The notes: generated from the sequence alone by a model not told the origin. A DNA stretch of 64,000 nt from Octopus sinensis (GCF_006345805.1 NC_043016.1:1736001-1800000); one strand, 5' to 3'. Counted from the first letter of the stretch, positions 1 through 14,199 are shown. Numbers and translations are program-made.

Positions 1-1564
1 TCAGTGGGTCTGCTACTCGGGACCTGGAGAAACAAGCCCATGCCGTCCGACTGCGGCTCAATAGTGGGACGCTGGATGGACGGACCGGTTAAATTGCTCG
101 GGGTCTAGTTCAGTCCGGACCTCCAAATGGATAAGAACTGGGACGAGATCACGAGTAGAGTGGTTGCGCTCAGCCAAACATGGGCCGAGAAAAAGCTGTC
201 TCTAAAAGGTCGGGCAGAGGTGGCGAACGCGTACATCGCATCCGTTATCGATTACCGCCTGACCGTCGTACCTTGTCCCGACGCCACAATCACCAAACTG
301 GAGCGCATACTCTTCCGCTTCCTGTGGAAGGGTGGCGTTCCGATGGTGAGGCGGTCCATTTGCTGTCAACATCCGTTAAATGGAGGACTGGGCATGCCGT
401 GGTTGATGATGCGCAGGCAAGCGCTGAGACTGCGACATCTCTGGAACTTCATCGATGACGGTAAACAGGTATGTGAGGCGCGCCTTCCCGCAGCTAGTCT
501 CACTGACCGAACTGCAAACGTGGATCAAGAAGAGACCGAAACTGGGCGATTGACACCGAGAGTGTCGCCAAGCTCTACAGCAGCTCTGCCGACCGGGGTT
601 AAACTTGTGCAACTTACAAACGACTAAAGCGTTCTATAGAGGACTAGTGGAGGGGATGTCCGACGACACACTCGGGGCAAACCTGGGCGTCGACGAGAAA
701 TTCCTAACCCACCTGTTCAGGACGATGTTCGGGCCGGGGCGTATGGATAACTTCCAGAGATCCCTGCCTTGGCAATGCAATCGAGACGCACTACCTGTTC
801 GAAAGAAGAGCTACAGGCACGGTTCGAAAACCATCACCAGACCGACCTGCCCGAGATGCGGTCAGAGCGACGAAACCGTTCTGCATACACTCGTGCAGTG
901 TCCAGATATTTAAGAGCTGTGGACCTTCGTCGAACAGCTGTTGTTGCGTGTAGGACGGACCCGCTTATCGGCCGAGTCTATCGTGAATATTGTTCCACCA
1001 CCTTCCTTTAAACGGGAAGGGAAAACGGTTTTCGTTACGCTGATGGCTATGGCGAAAGAATGTGTGTGGTGGACGCGTTTGAAAGGACTGCAAACAAACA
1101 CCTTCCTCTCTGGTCTGTCTCTCGTCAACTTTTTCAAGTACCACTTGAAAAGGAGGATGAGAATTGAGAGGAAGGCTTTGTCGAACGAATGTTTTAATAA
1201 AAAGTGGGTAAAAGTGGCAAAAATGGTCAGTATGAAAGACGACTCTATTTTAAGCGTAAATCTGTAACAAAAAGAGACAACGAGAAGTAAGGCGACTTAC
1301 TCATGTGTTCATTTTCTATCTGAGGTGACCTTTGTCTTTTTTGTAGGTTTTTCTTTCCAAGGCTACACCTAAACTGTGAACTTTATATATATATATATTG
1401 CTTTTTTATTCACCACACAACCCACAGATCCCTATTGATCGAACGTGTTTTTTGGGGGGTTTTTTTTGTGTGTCCCACCCATCCCACCTCGAAAAGAAAA
1501 AGCTCTACATTGTATTTCGTCCATTTTATTCTGTGTTTAGCCCTGTGTGGCTACAATAAAAAGT
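1..1564 (+). mobile_element. Tx1/L1-clade non-LTR retrotransposon, 3' part (ORF2 C-terminus and 3' UTR), frameshifted
   Basis: ORF 127-627 has the post-RT motif KLSLKGRAEVANAYIASVIDYRLTVVPCP. ORF 605-913 has the zf-RVT-type CPRCGQSDETVLHTLVQC. ORF 941-1267 is the C-terminus. The 3' UTR ends in AATAAA followed by (TATC)n. Confidence 0.9.
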
Positions 1565-1750
<186 letters not shown>

Positions 1751-2355
1751 TTTGCATGTATGCACATATATGCCATAAATGTACCGAGTGACCTAAAGTT
1801 CGATCATGTGTTCACTTGATCTGCTAACAGTAACGGCTAAATCTCTCTGAAATCACATCTACCATCTAACACAAGATATTCTAAGTAGTGCAATACGAAT
1901 TACTGTATGTGTAAAATATTCCAGCCGTGACCATGCATTTTCTCTGGTTTATACTTAAATAGCACTGATCTATGATAAAACGACATCACACACACAAATA
2001 CACACAGATATACACACACGCACATATACACACACAATGCACAAGACACATACGCAAATCACACTATATATATATGTTATTGATACTAAAATAAGGTTAA
2101 TTGTTCTTCCTGTGGTAAAGTAAATCTTTCCGTCTTACACTCTTAAAATTGAAGTGCTACAAAGGCGATGACAGAGGAAGTAGATAACTAGACAGATGTG
2201 AGAAGGAAGTTCTCATTTGGGATGTAAAAAGAAACGGATTAAATATTAAACGCTTCCGACTGATAACAGTAGTGCCATGAGAAAATTGTTATAGATAAAT
2301 ATTTACTGTAAATTACTTAAGATTTACTGGAAACTCAATTTAATTAATATATATT

Positions 2356-2668
2356 AACAACAGAGATCGCATCAATACCGGGAGGTAATATTTATCCCCA
2401 CTTAAATGTAGATGCTTTGTTGGAACAAACTACACAGCAGTAGTTACCATGTGAGAAAGTCTCTTATTGGCTTTTATATCGCTAGCGGGGAGATTGAAAA
2501 AATATTTATAAACAACAGAGGCAGTTTCAACACCGAAAAATAATGTTTATCCCCATTTAAATGAGGATGTTCTGTTAGAACAAACTATACTGCAGTAGAT
2601 ACCACAAGAGAAACTCTCATTTTGGCATTTTGGTGCAAAATGCTCCCTTGTTTATATCGCTAGGAGAT
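2356..2668. repeat. Diverged tandem duplication, 2 units of ~155 bp
   Basis: Units start AACAACAGAG at 2356 and 2511 and share TTTATCCCCA..TTAAATG, GAACAAACTA, GCAGTAG, GAGAAA and TTATATCGCTAG. Confidence 0.8.
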
Positions 2669-3505
2669 AAATCCCCGTCACCTACAGTGTCCAGAGCACT
2701 AGATCATGTGATGTCAACCTAGTTTGGTCTTGTCAATGATGGACACTCGGCCGCTAGATGGGGCAAAAGCTATTGTTGTTTCGGTGGTAGTGCTGGTATT
2801 TATTATTACTGTTTTTGAGTCGCAGGTTAGTTACGGTCCAGCATAAATATGACCAAATCTAGTTCCAGCCATAGTTATTTCGTATTTTGCTTTTTTAGAT
2901 ATAGTGCTATCCATGACTATATCAGCAGACTAGTAGAATGTGTGAACTTTGAGAGTGATTTGATTATTATTTCTTGCAAATTTTGCAGTTATATATCACC
3001 CTTAAACATCACCATTACACTAGATAAAACTGCACAAATGAATCTCCGAAAACTGTGCTGACAATGCTTTAGATTGTTATATTGTCAATGCCAGAGAAAT
3101 GAAAAGAATTAACAGTGCTGTTTAACCCTAGGTTAACCATGACCCAGTAGATCTATGATAAAAAGCTTTCCAGCCGTGACTAACAATTGCGTTTTTTCTA
3201 TTATCAATGATACATTATTTGAATGTCTTTTAACCCATCTTTGTTTCAGAGTGTATTTGAAAGGGGCTAGCTGTTATTTCTAGTCGATAAAGTGAGTGGA
3301 CAGAGTCTTCACTCATGGACTTCTCAAAGAGGTTGATCTCTGTGAAAGATAAAAATTGTAAGAACGATTAGAAGATTATTTAAAGAATTATAAGGATTTA
3401 ATTGCCCTATCTAGATAAACTAATGCTGCTGCTCCGCAGTATTAGTAGTGGCATTATTATTATTATTATTATAATTATTATTATAATTATTATTATTATT
3501 ATATT

Positions 3506-4051
3506 GAGTGAGAGAGCAGTTCATGCCATCAAAGTGACACTGGGGTAAAATATACGAAGCCCAATATACCCATCATGACTACCCGTCTGATAAAGGTACA
3601 CCAGGCACATGCATCACAACCATATGTGCGCGATATGGTGATCTCATATCAAGATACAGCACATGACCTTGCAGGTGGAGCCCAGTTAGAATTCTTCAGG
3701 GTGAGTAGCCCATCCTGCTCAAAGGTCCCTGAATAGGGTTGCTTTAGGATGTGAACGAAACACCTATGTTTTCAGAGGTGAATTATTCAAACCCAAATAA
3801 TCCCTCTCAACATGGCTATGATGCTCCCCCACTACTTCTGCTCGTGATCAGAGATGCACATATCGTCAGCCACTAAGGGACATGCTCAACTGGTTAAGGC
3901 CAAACACTGACAAGCAAATCTGTTGGTACTGAGCAGAATATTTGCTGTAGCCCATCTTTTATACCAAGACAAAACAATGTACATGATAACACTTCCAATC
4001 AGTTAAGATCAGAAGCCATGAGAGCCACTGCCTGGTACTGCATCAGGGCAT
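3506..4051 (-). mobile_element. ~546-bp unclassified interspersed repeat, copy 1, embedded in (ATT)n
   Basis: Reverse complement of 7785-8334 and 36944-37497. Triplet repeat on both flanks. Confidence 0.9.
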
Positions 4052-4157
4052 TTATATTATTATTATTATTATATTATTATAATTATTATTATTATTATTA
4101 TATTATCATTATTATCATTATTATTATATTATTATCATTATTATTATTATTATTATG

Positions 4158-4193
<36 letters not shown>

Positions 4194-4220
4194 ATGATAA
4201 TGATGATGATGATAATAATA

Positions 4221-4280
<60 letters not shown>

Positions 4281-4310
4281 TAATATTAATGATAATAATA
4301 GTAATAATAA
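4052..4310. repeat. (ATT)n switching to (AAT)n
   Basis: Read directly; polarity switches near 4190-4200. Confidence 0.95.
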
Positions 4311-6294
4311 CGCCTGAAAATGTATATAAAATAGCACCTATTCTGCGAAACTTTTTGTCTGTAAGTATGAGATCATGGAGAACCACACTAACTTTGAACA
4401 GTGACAATGAATCTCTAAATGCTGGTGATGTAAAAATTTCATGTGGCATTTTCCAGGGTGACTCACTATCACCAGTCCTCTTTTGTTTAGCCTTAATACC
4501 TCACTCAAAATTGCTCAATGACGCACAGTACGGATATAAAATGTTTGATAAAAATATAAATCATCTCATTTACATGGACGATTTAAAGCTCTTTGTAAAA
4601 AATGACCAACAACTCAAGGGCTTACTAACGATTCAGTGACGACATCAGAATACAATTTGGCCTCGATAAATGTGCTACTTTTATCAAAGGAAAAATGACA
4701 GAAACATCTAACGTTAACCTTGACCAGCAGAATGTCATAAAAGAATTAGACTCAGCGGAGAGCTACAAGTACCTAGGGGTAATTGAAGGGGACGGAATAA
4801 GGCATTCAGTGATGAAGGAAAGGATCAGGAGAGAATGTTATCGCAGAGTGAGTGCAATACTCAATACAGAGCTGAATGCGAGAAACAGGATCGAAGCGAT
4901 GAATGCTTTAGCCACACCAGTCGTGACTTACAGTTTCAATATCGTTAACTGGTCAATTACTGAAATATGTAATCTTGACAGAAAAATACGAAAACTGTTG
5001 ACAATGCATAGAATGCACCACCTTAAGGCAGATACAGAACGACTTTATCCGCCAAGAAAAGAGGGAGGCCGTGGACTTTTATAAGTGGCAATAACAATGA
5101 AGATTACTACAATTGGCCTAGACACCTACCTGAAAAACTCTGAGGATTGGATGTTAAAATTTGTCTCAAAACATGAAAACAAGAAAGCACCATACTCAGT
5201 AACAAAACAGGCAAAGGAATATCTAAGTGAATTCCGAATAAAACAAATTTCGGAATTATACATACAAGAAACAAGCACAGAAAAGGCTAAGCGCATGAAA
5301 ACCCGTGCTAAAACTGCGGCCTTAGATATTTTGAATGATAAATGGCAAGAAAAAACTATCTATGGCAAATACCCAAAGAGGGCGAATAATGCAGATGTTG
5401 ACAAAGCTCTGACCCATCAATAGCTAATGGCCTCTGGCTTAAAATCTGAAACAGAAGGGTTTATCATTGCAGGTCAAGATCAATGCCTACCAACAAGAAA
5501 CTACCAGGCCAACATATTAAAGAACGGCAGTAGCCCAACACGTCGTGGATGTCAACAAAAAAATGAAACCATTGACCATGTTGTCTCCAAGTGCAGTCGT
5601 CTAGCGCCTACAGAGTATCTCAACAGGCATGATAAAGCTGAACATTATATTCACTGTGTAATTTGCAAAAACCTGGATTTGCCCCATGAAAAAAACTGAT
5701 GGGAACACAAACCCCCTCCAGTGCTTGAAAAGGACCACATCTCACTCCTCTGGAACTTCACCATTCAAACTGACAGGAAGGTAGATGAAAATATGCTAGA
5801 CATCATATTGAAAGACTTCAGACAAAGAACATGCCTCCTCATTGATATGACTGTCCCAATCGATATAAACGTATCTGTCAAGACCTACCAAAAACTGAGC
5901 AAATATAAAGATCTTGAAATAGAAATCAGCAAAATGTGGAACCTAAAGACTAAAACAATACCTGTTGTCATAGGTGACCTGGGAATAATAGCAAAAGGGG
6001 CTGATTGCTATCTAACTCAGACACACAGAAATCCAAAAATGGCAGAAATTCAAAAGATAGTGCTCATGGGAACTGCTCATATCCTATGTAAAATACTTTC
6101 TATGTAACCTCAAGTTTTAAAACAAACATAACTTTCGATTTTTTTTAAGGCATTCACTAGTACAACACTAAATACAAAACCAAATATATGGCACACTAGA
6201 CATAACAACATGAACTTCCAGCCTGTTGTCTCTTGAGGTCTCTGGGTGAGACTTGGAGCCAACTTGTACAAATATAAAGCAAAAGTCAAACATA

Positions 6295-6295
<1 letters not shown>
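4311..6295 (+). mobile_element. R4/Dong-like RLE non-LTR retrotransposon, family A, 5'-truncated and disrupted
   Basis: RT motifs GIFQGDSLSP and YMDDLKLF; LKSETEGFIIAGQDQ; degenerate CCHC (GCQQKNETIDHVVSKC); RLE region LLWNFTIQTD...DIIL...LLIDMTVP...KYKDL. (AAT)n on both sides. Confidence 0.9.
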
Positions 6296-6360
<65 letters not shown>

Positions 6361-6391
6361 TAATAATAAAATAATAATAATAATAATAATG

Positions 6392-6442
<51 letters not shown>

Positions 6443-6613
6443 TAATAATAATGATAATAATAATGATAATAATAAAATAATAATAGTAATAGTAAAATAT
6501 TAAAAATAATAATAATAGTAATGATAATAATAGCAGTAGTAGTAGTAGTAGTAGTGGTAGTTGTAGTAGTAGTAGTAGTATTAGTACTAGTAATAGTAAT
6601 AATAATAATAATG

Positions 6614-6650
<37 letters not shown>

Positions 6651-6842
6651 TGATGATGATGATGATGATGATGATAATGATGATGATGATGGTGATGGTG
6701 ATGATAATAATAACAATAATAATAATAATAATAATAAAATAATAATAATAATAATAATAACAACAACAACAAGAACAACAACAACGACGACGACGACGAC
6801 GACGACAACGACAACGACAACAACAACAACAACAACAACAAC

Positions 6843-6906
<64 letters not shown>
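6296..6906. repeat. Compound triplet array (AAT/AGT/GAT/AAC/GAC)
   Basis: Read directly from the sequence. Confidence 0.95.
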
Positions 6907-7739
6907 GGACTAAACTAAACGCAAAAGAAATAGACAAAGAAAAATCCCAGCAATGGTTGAGAAGCTCAGGACTCAAAGCAGAAACAGAGGGATTTTTAAT
7001 TGCGGCACAAGACCAAAGCCTCCCCACCAGAAATTACCAAAAACATGTAATGAAAAGAAATATAACAAGTAACTGCAGAATATGTGGAGATGGACAAGAA
7101 ACAATAAATCATATTATCTCTGGCTGCCCAGTCCTGGCTAAGAAGGAATATATTCACAGACATGACAGAGTTGGAACCTACATACACTGGAAGCTATGCC
7201 AACATTATGGAATAACAACAGAAAAAAGATGGTATAGGCACACACCTGAAAAGGTGACAGAAAACGAGAAAGCAACCATACTCTGGGATATGCCGATATA
7301 CACAGATAGAGAAATTAAGGCCAATTGACCTGATATAGTTGTCAGAGATCATGAAGAAAAAAATTGCTTTCTAATTGATGTATCAATACCGGCAGATGAC
7401 AACGTGTCTCTAACAGAAATGGAGAAACTCTCAAAATACAAAGACCTAGAAATAGAGGTAACCAGAATGTGGAATCTAAAAACAGAAACAATTCCTATCA
7501 TAGTAGGTGCATCAGGCATGATAAAAAAATATTCAGACAAATACATAACAAAAACACCAGGTCTTACAAACACATATAACATACAGAAAAAAATGCACTA
7601 CTAGGCACTGCACACATCCGACGCAGAACACTTTCCATACAATAACCATCAGAGCATCACAACAAATCACAGCACATACCCAAGGCACACAGAGCTGCGC
7701 TCGGTAGTGAAGTGAAAGCACACTATAAAAATAAAACTA

Positions 7740-7742
<3 letters not shown>
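6907..7742 (+). mobile_element. R4/Dong-like RLE LINE, family B, 5'-truncated
   Basis: ORF 6957-7328 has CRICGDGQETINHIISGC and ILWDMPIYTDREI, then KLSKYKDLEIE. Matches 35686-36517. (AAT)n flanks. Confidence 0.9.
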
Positions 7743-7774
<32 letters not shown>

Positions 7775-7784
7775 TAATAATAAT

Positions 7785-8334
7785 GATGCAGTACCAGGCA
7801 GTGGCTCTCGTGGCTTCTGATCTTAACTGATTGGAAGTGTTATCATGTACATTGTTTTGTCTTGGTATAAAAGATGGACTACAGCAAATATTCTGCTCAA
7901 TACCACAGATTTGCTTGTCAGTTGTTTGTCCTTAACCAGTTGAGCATGTCCTTTAGTGGCTGACGATATGTGCATCTCTGATCACGAGCATAAGTAGTGG
8001 GGGAGCATCATAGCCATGTGTTGAGAGGGATTCTTTGGAGCTTGGATAATTTACCACTGGAAACATAAATGTTTCGCTCAACGTCCTTAAACAACCCTTA
8101 TTCAGGGACCTTTTTGAGCGGGATGGGTTACTCGACCTGATGAAAATTGCAACTGGGCCCCACCAGCAAGGTCCATGCGTTGTTTATTTTAATATGAGAT
8201 CATCATGTAATGCACATATGGTTGTGATGTATGTGCCTGGTGTACCCTTATCAGACGCGTAGTCATGATGGGTATACTGGGCTTTGTATATTTTACCCCA
8301 GTGTCAGTTTGATGGCATGCACTGTTCTCTCGCT
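7785..8334 (+). mobile_element. ~550-bp unclassified repeat, copy 2
   Basis: Runs GATGCAGTACCAGGCAGTGGCTCTC...GATGGCATGCACTGTTCTCTC with (AAT)n on both flanks. Confidence 0.9.
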
Positions 8335-8453
8335 TAATAATGATAATAATAATAATAATAATAACAACAACAACAACAACAACAACAATAATAATAATAA
8401 TAATAATAAAATAATAATAATAATAAATAATAATAATAATAATAATAATAATA

Positions 8454-9063
8454 CAAAAACTGGTGGGAACAAAATCCACCTCCAGTGCTTGAAAATGACC
8501 ACATCTCACTCCTCTGGAACTTCACCATTCAAACTGACAGGAAGATAGATGCAAATAGGCCAGACATCATATTGAAAGACTTCAGACAAAGAACATGCCT
8601 CCTCATTGATAGGACTGTCCCAATCGATTAAACGTATCTGTCAAGACCTACCAAAAACTGAGCAAATATAAGATCTTGAAATAGAAATCAGCAAAATGTG
8701 GAAGCTGAAGACTCTAAAACAATACTGTTGTCATAGGTGCCCTGGGAATGATAGCGAAAGGGACTAATGCTACCTAACTCAGATACTAGGAAACCCCAAA
8801 ATGGCAGAAATTCAAAAGATAGTGCTCATGGGAACTGCTCATATCTACGCAAATACTCTCTATGTAATCCCAGGGTTTAAAACAAATTTTTTTTATTTAT
8901 TATTTATTTTTTTTTTTATGTATTAGACATTCACTAGTACAACACCAAAAAAAAAAAAAAAACCCAAATATATGGCACAGAACTTCCAACCTGTTGTCTC
9001 TTGAGGTCTCTGGGTGAGACTTGGAGCCAACTTGTACAGACATAAAGCAAAAGTCAAACATAG
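8454..9063 (+). mobile_element. R4/Dong-like LINE, family A, short 5'-truncated copy (RLE region and 3' UTR)
   Basis: Closely matches ~5690-6295 including the terminus GCAAAAGTCAAACATAG, followed by AAT units. Confidence 0.9.
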
Positions 9064-9329
9064 AATAATAATAATAATAGGGGACGAGTTAATTACATCG
9101 ATCCCAGTGTTTCACTAGTACTTAATTTATCGACCCGAAAGGATGAAAGGCAAATCATAAGTTCATTATTTGCCACAAGGGTGAAGGACGAGGGTGACAA
9201 TACAAATACAGGCATAAAGTGTGGGTGTTTAAGTATTATGAAATGATAAAAAGAAAGAAAGAAAGTATACGTGGTATACGCTGAAAAAGAAGTGGCATAT
9301 GCATAGCTTAGAAAGGTTAAAAAAAAGTG

Positions 9330-9892
9330 GCGTGGAGGATGATAGAGATGCAAAAAGCCTCTAGGGATAATCGAGGAACCTCACTGTCCGAGATTTCCCT
9401 GAACCTCAGGAGTAAGTACCCTCTCCAGTTCCTTCTTCCCGACTCACATATCTACACTTGGAGATGTAACATCCACTCTTGCCATTTTCGGAACTTTTAC
9501 CCACCTTTCAATAAACTCACTCGAGGACAGCACTTCCCTGTCCACTCTCAATTTCCATTTCAAGTGAAACTTGAAGAAGTTAATGAGAGCTCTACCAAAC
9601 AGGAATGTTTCTGTCCTCACGCTTTTCAGCCTTGTCCACCAAACAATCTCTTTCACCACAGCCACCAGGCAAAGAAAAACTACCTTGCCTGCCCGATTGA
9701 AGAAGGGCGACGGGCGATCATCAATACAGACTCGGCCGTCAGACAGAACCGCCGCACACATGACAGCTGCTGTTCGGCATAACCCCACAAGTCAGCAATG
9801 CCCGAACACTGAACGAGGGCGTGCAGAACGGTTTCGTCACTCTGCTCGTAGCTCGAACAAGCCCTGTCTGACAGTACAACCGTACTAGCCAA
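9330..9892 (-). mobile_element. Tx1/L1-clade ORF2 C-terminal fragment
   Basis: ORF 9444-9788 (VKEIVWWTRLK...INFFKFHLK) is homologous to ORF 941-1267; DETVLHALVQC lies upstream. Confidence 0.8.
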
Positions 9893-10199
9893 TATAACAT
9901 TAATAATAAAAATTTCTGTATAACTTGTCTATTGACCTCAAAATTTTACATTCAGAAAATCATTATGGTGAGCAGAGGACAAAACATTTAATGCATGTGT
10001 GCATATTTGTACGTGTGTGTGTATGTATGTGTGTATATGTGTGCGGATGCGTATATGTGTGCATGTGTGTATTTGTGTGCATGTGTTAGAGTTTTGCGTG
10101 TAATAAGTTTGACGTAGAAATAAGAAAAATTTAACAATGTGTGATCGTCGATAGGGTGGAAAACATTTGAGGGCTGCTTATAGAAAAACCCCATAAAAC

Positions 10200-10470
10200 C
10201 ACGTGTGCCCTGAATTATCTCCGAGTTACAGGCTTATGCTTAGTTCAGGCCCGTTCACTCGCACCATTTTCGCCCCGCTTATTCACCATTCAACTAAAGT
10301 TTCCACCCTTATTTTTCTCTTCAAGTGAAACTTAAGAAATTTGATGAAGGATTGACCAAAGAGGAAAGTTTTGTCTACAGTTCCTTCAATCTCGTCCATC
10401 ATACAACACATTTCGCCTTGGCTGCCAGGCATATAAAACTGCTTGCCCTTCCCGGTTAAAAGAAAGCGGA
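10200..10470 (-). mobile_element. Older Tx1-type ORF2 3' fragment
   Basis: TTCAAGTGAAACTTAAGAAATTTGATGA and CGTCCATCATACAACAC resemble 9555-9670. Confidence 0.55.
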
Positions 10471-11279
10471 ATGATAATAATAGTAATAATTATGTGTTGA
10501 TCTGAATGAAGGGTCAGAATATTGAGTTTAAACAGACCTTCTACAACAGTTGACATCGGTGCAGTTATTGAGAAGGAACAACGGTGAGTTGACGGATGTA
10601 AGAGGAGTGAAGGATGCACAAACGACAGGGTGAAGGTGCAAATCTCCAGCTTCTACCGTCTGAGGAATAAGGATTGGATTTAGTGGTTAGCGAGGTTTGC
10701 TGTGGAATAGATAAATATGGGGCTACGTAAGAAAGAGAAACAAAGGAGTAGCGATAGTAAATAACAAAGAGCGAGAGAGAGAGAGAGAGAGGGAGTAAGG
10801 AAGGGTGGTTGGTAGGTAGATCCACATACACAAGCACACAAAGAAACTAGTCATAGGTTTATAAAACAAATTCCTCTGTTTCATTGCATCTCGGGTATGT
10901 CACACTATTTGTACTATCTTATCTGTACAGTTCGCTACAAATCGGTTGCATCCCACAAAAGCACTCCCAGTATTAATTATTTCTGAATGGCCTTTATAAG
11001 GTTCGATGCAAAAATATTTCTTCAGAGCACGTATAACATAAAATAAAATAAAATGATCAAGTGTTCTTTATACATTCTTTCCACTAACTTTTTATGAAAT
11101 ACAAAGATTGTTGTGTTATGCAAAGATTGCATTGCTCAATCTGGGAAGTGTTATGAACATCTCTTAACAATCCAGATACTTGCTACTCCTGTAAAGTCTA
11201 CATTTTATCGAAGATTGCAGCTCTCCTTCGAGGAATTTCTACAGGGAATATAGGAGAGTCTATCGTGATCAATTTCTCA

Positions 11280-11990
11280 ACTCTTGGCTCGGTAGCTTCT
11301 TATCACAACCATTTAAATACAACCAGATAGCATCATTCTGGTAAGCCCTAGGGTTCTGTTTCGTGCGCTATTCTGTTCATTCTATAGCATCAGTGCCCCA
11401 TTCCCGTCACATCTAACAACTTCCACTCTTATGCGAAAGATACACCCCTTCATTACTTCATAAACTTCTCCAACTATACATCATCCACCCTCATCCCACA
11501 TTGATTCCATGAAGGGAGACCTAGAAAGTATCTTGCAGCGTGGTAAATGTAATCATCTCTTCAAACAGATAAAAATATCAAACAGTAATGATATCAAAGA
11601 AACACAACCGCACACATTCCCCTTGAGAGGTAATCAGAATCTTCACGGTAGACCGCTTCCCAAAAGCTGGCACTTTTCTTCAAAATCAGGGAGTATTTGT
11701 CCCCCACCAAATTTCTCATACCGTCCTTCTAAAGATCAGGTGAAACTCACAGGGGAATACGGATCTCATATCAAGGACGATACTCCGGTTATGCACTCAG
11801 AGTGGGGCTGCATTTAAAGAAAAAGAGCTGGCTGATCTCGTACCTACTTCATCCAATCACTCGCGACATACTCGTCTTTGTTATCACTCGTCGCACTAAT
11901 AGCTATCTCTAGTAACTCCTTCCTGAATATCAACCCTTTGTAATTTTCTCATTCATTTCATGCAGGTGTTGGTCTGCATAAGTTTAAACG
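11280..11990 (+). mobile_element. Highly decayed CR1/Jockey-type RT fragment
   Basis: Degenerate G.PQGSV (CCCTAGGGTTCTGTT) and HSYA(D)DT (CACTCTTATGCGAAAGATACA) motifs in the expected order; many stops. Confidence 0.5.
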
Positions 11991-12769
11991 GGGCATTAAC
12001 GACATCGATTTCGCCAGTCTCGGAGTGGCTGTAAAGGTATTGGCACTATCTCTTGCTCCAGTTTACCAAAAACAACAGCAGAAGCAGTAGCAACAACGAC
12101 AGCAGAAGCACCAGCAGGAACAACGACAGTAGCATAAATAGATAATCAAATCAGTGAAGAGAATGGACTCTGTCAAAACAGTACCACTACATCACATATT
12201 AATCATTGAATGTCAAGATGTGAAATACAATTTGCAACTAGGCGAAGGTTATGACATAGCAAAACCTATGGTCCTTATGTATCGCAGAAATATTATTCTA
12301 TAGACTACGTACGTGACATGAGACTTCCTGATAGAGGAGGCATGTGCCAGATAGCAACAACAACACAGCAGCAGCAACAGCAAGAAGTAGTTGCAGTAGC
12401 AACAGTAGTAGTAGCAGCAGCAACAGCAGCAGCAGCAGCAGCAGCAGAAACAAAACAAATCCCGTTACAATTACATCGTCTGCATAGGTGTATTTATTTT
12501 AGTAACTATACAATCATTTATGCAACGTATATAAAAACCTAAACACACATTGAAATCTCAATAGGCCGATATTTCAATTAAACAGGTCATTTTCACCTTT
12601 AACGATATTATATCACAGATCGATCTTCACCCGGAAAAACATTATTATGATTACACCCTTAATTTTTTTGTTAGTCTTTCTTGCCCACAAATGTCAACGA
12701 ACGTCTATATTTCCCTTGCCAACCGTTGCTTGTACGTCTCTATATCCTTCTAGACTTCACACACACACA

Positions 12770-12844
<75 letters not shown>

Positions 12845-13035
12845 TCATACACACAAACACACACAAACACACAGACATACATACGCATACACACACACAT
12901 TCATGAATGCACACAATCGTAGATACATATACACTCAGATGTGTATGTATATATTATATATGTATGTGTGTGTGTGTTTATACACGTATATCTCCTCTCT
13001 CGCTGTGTCTTACTGTCTCTGTCTCTCTCTGTCTT

Positions 13036-13067
<32 letters not shown>

Positions 13068-13101
13068 TGTCTGTGTGTATATATATGTATGTATATATGT
13101 G

Positions 13102-13147
<46 letters not shown>

Positions 13148-13151
13148 TATA

Positions 13152-13187
<36 letters not shown>

Positions 13188-13188
<1 letters not shown>

Positions 13189-14137
13189 TGCGGTGGAAAA
13201 AATAACCGAAACACCTAGTATCATAGCATCGTAGTTTTGAAATATCTATAAAACCGTCAAAAGCTTGTTTATTTTTATGCTTTTTGATTTATTATTAGTG
13301 TTGCTTAATATGTTTTGCAAAAAATGCTGTTTCTTTTTCAGATTTCATCAGAAAAAGGTAATTAAAATTCATTAAAATGACAGATCTATCGGACTTCGAA
13401 AGAGGTCAAGTTGTTGGTGCCTGTATGGCAGGCGCTAGTGTAACGAAAACAGCCGAAATGTTTGGTGTATCAAGAAGTACTGACTTGAAAGTAATGACAG
13501 CCTTTGAGAAAGAGGGAAAAAACCTCCTCATCAAAACAAAACTCCGGAAAAAACCAAAACTTTCTAGATAGGGACCGTTGAACTCCTCCCATTTAACCCA
13601 GACAGCCTTCTTCCAACTGGTAAACATGGAGGAGGATCTGTAATGATCTGGGTCGGGGCTATATCTTGGAAATCCACCGACCCAATGGTTTACCTCCATG
13701 GCAGTATTAATAGTCAAGACTACTTAAGCATTTTATCTGATCAAATTCATCCTATAGCTGCGGAACTGTTTCCGGAAGGAAACACAATCTTTCAGGATGA
13801 TAATGCACCAGTTCACAACTAAAGTCGTTACTGAATGGCACAAGGATCATTCAAGTGAATTTGAACATCTTATCTGACCACCACAGTTCCCAGATCTCAA
13901 TATTATTGAACATTTATGGTGCATTTTAGAAAAACAAGTAAGGAGTCGATATCCTCCACCATCATCACTACAAGAACTGGAGATTTTTTAGCTCAAGAAT
14001 GGACAAAATTCCTTGGGAAACAATTCAAACTTTGTGCAAGTCCATACCTCGTAGAATTCAAGCTGTAATTACTGCCAAAGGCGGTCCTACTACCCCATAT
14101 AAAATAAAGGTGTTTCCATTATTTTGTCCAACCCCTA
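13188..14137 (+). mobile_element. Tc1-like DNA transposon, internally deleted, inserted in (TA)n
   Basis: Imperfect TIRs ending in GAAACACCT / AGGTGTTTCC; HTH MTDLSDFERGQVVG...TAEMFGVSRST; motifs KHGGGSVMIW, FQDDNAP and PPQFPDLNIIEHLW; TA flanks. Confidence 0.9.
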
Positions 14138-14147
14138 TATATATACG

Positions 14148-14199
<52 letters not shown>

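Noticed and set aside
6296-9075. Repeat-spacer alternation superficially like a CRISPR array
   Set aside because: The repeats are variable-length microsatellites, the spacers are retroelements of 550-840 bp, there are no cas genes, and the context is eukaryotic.
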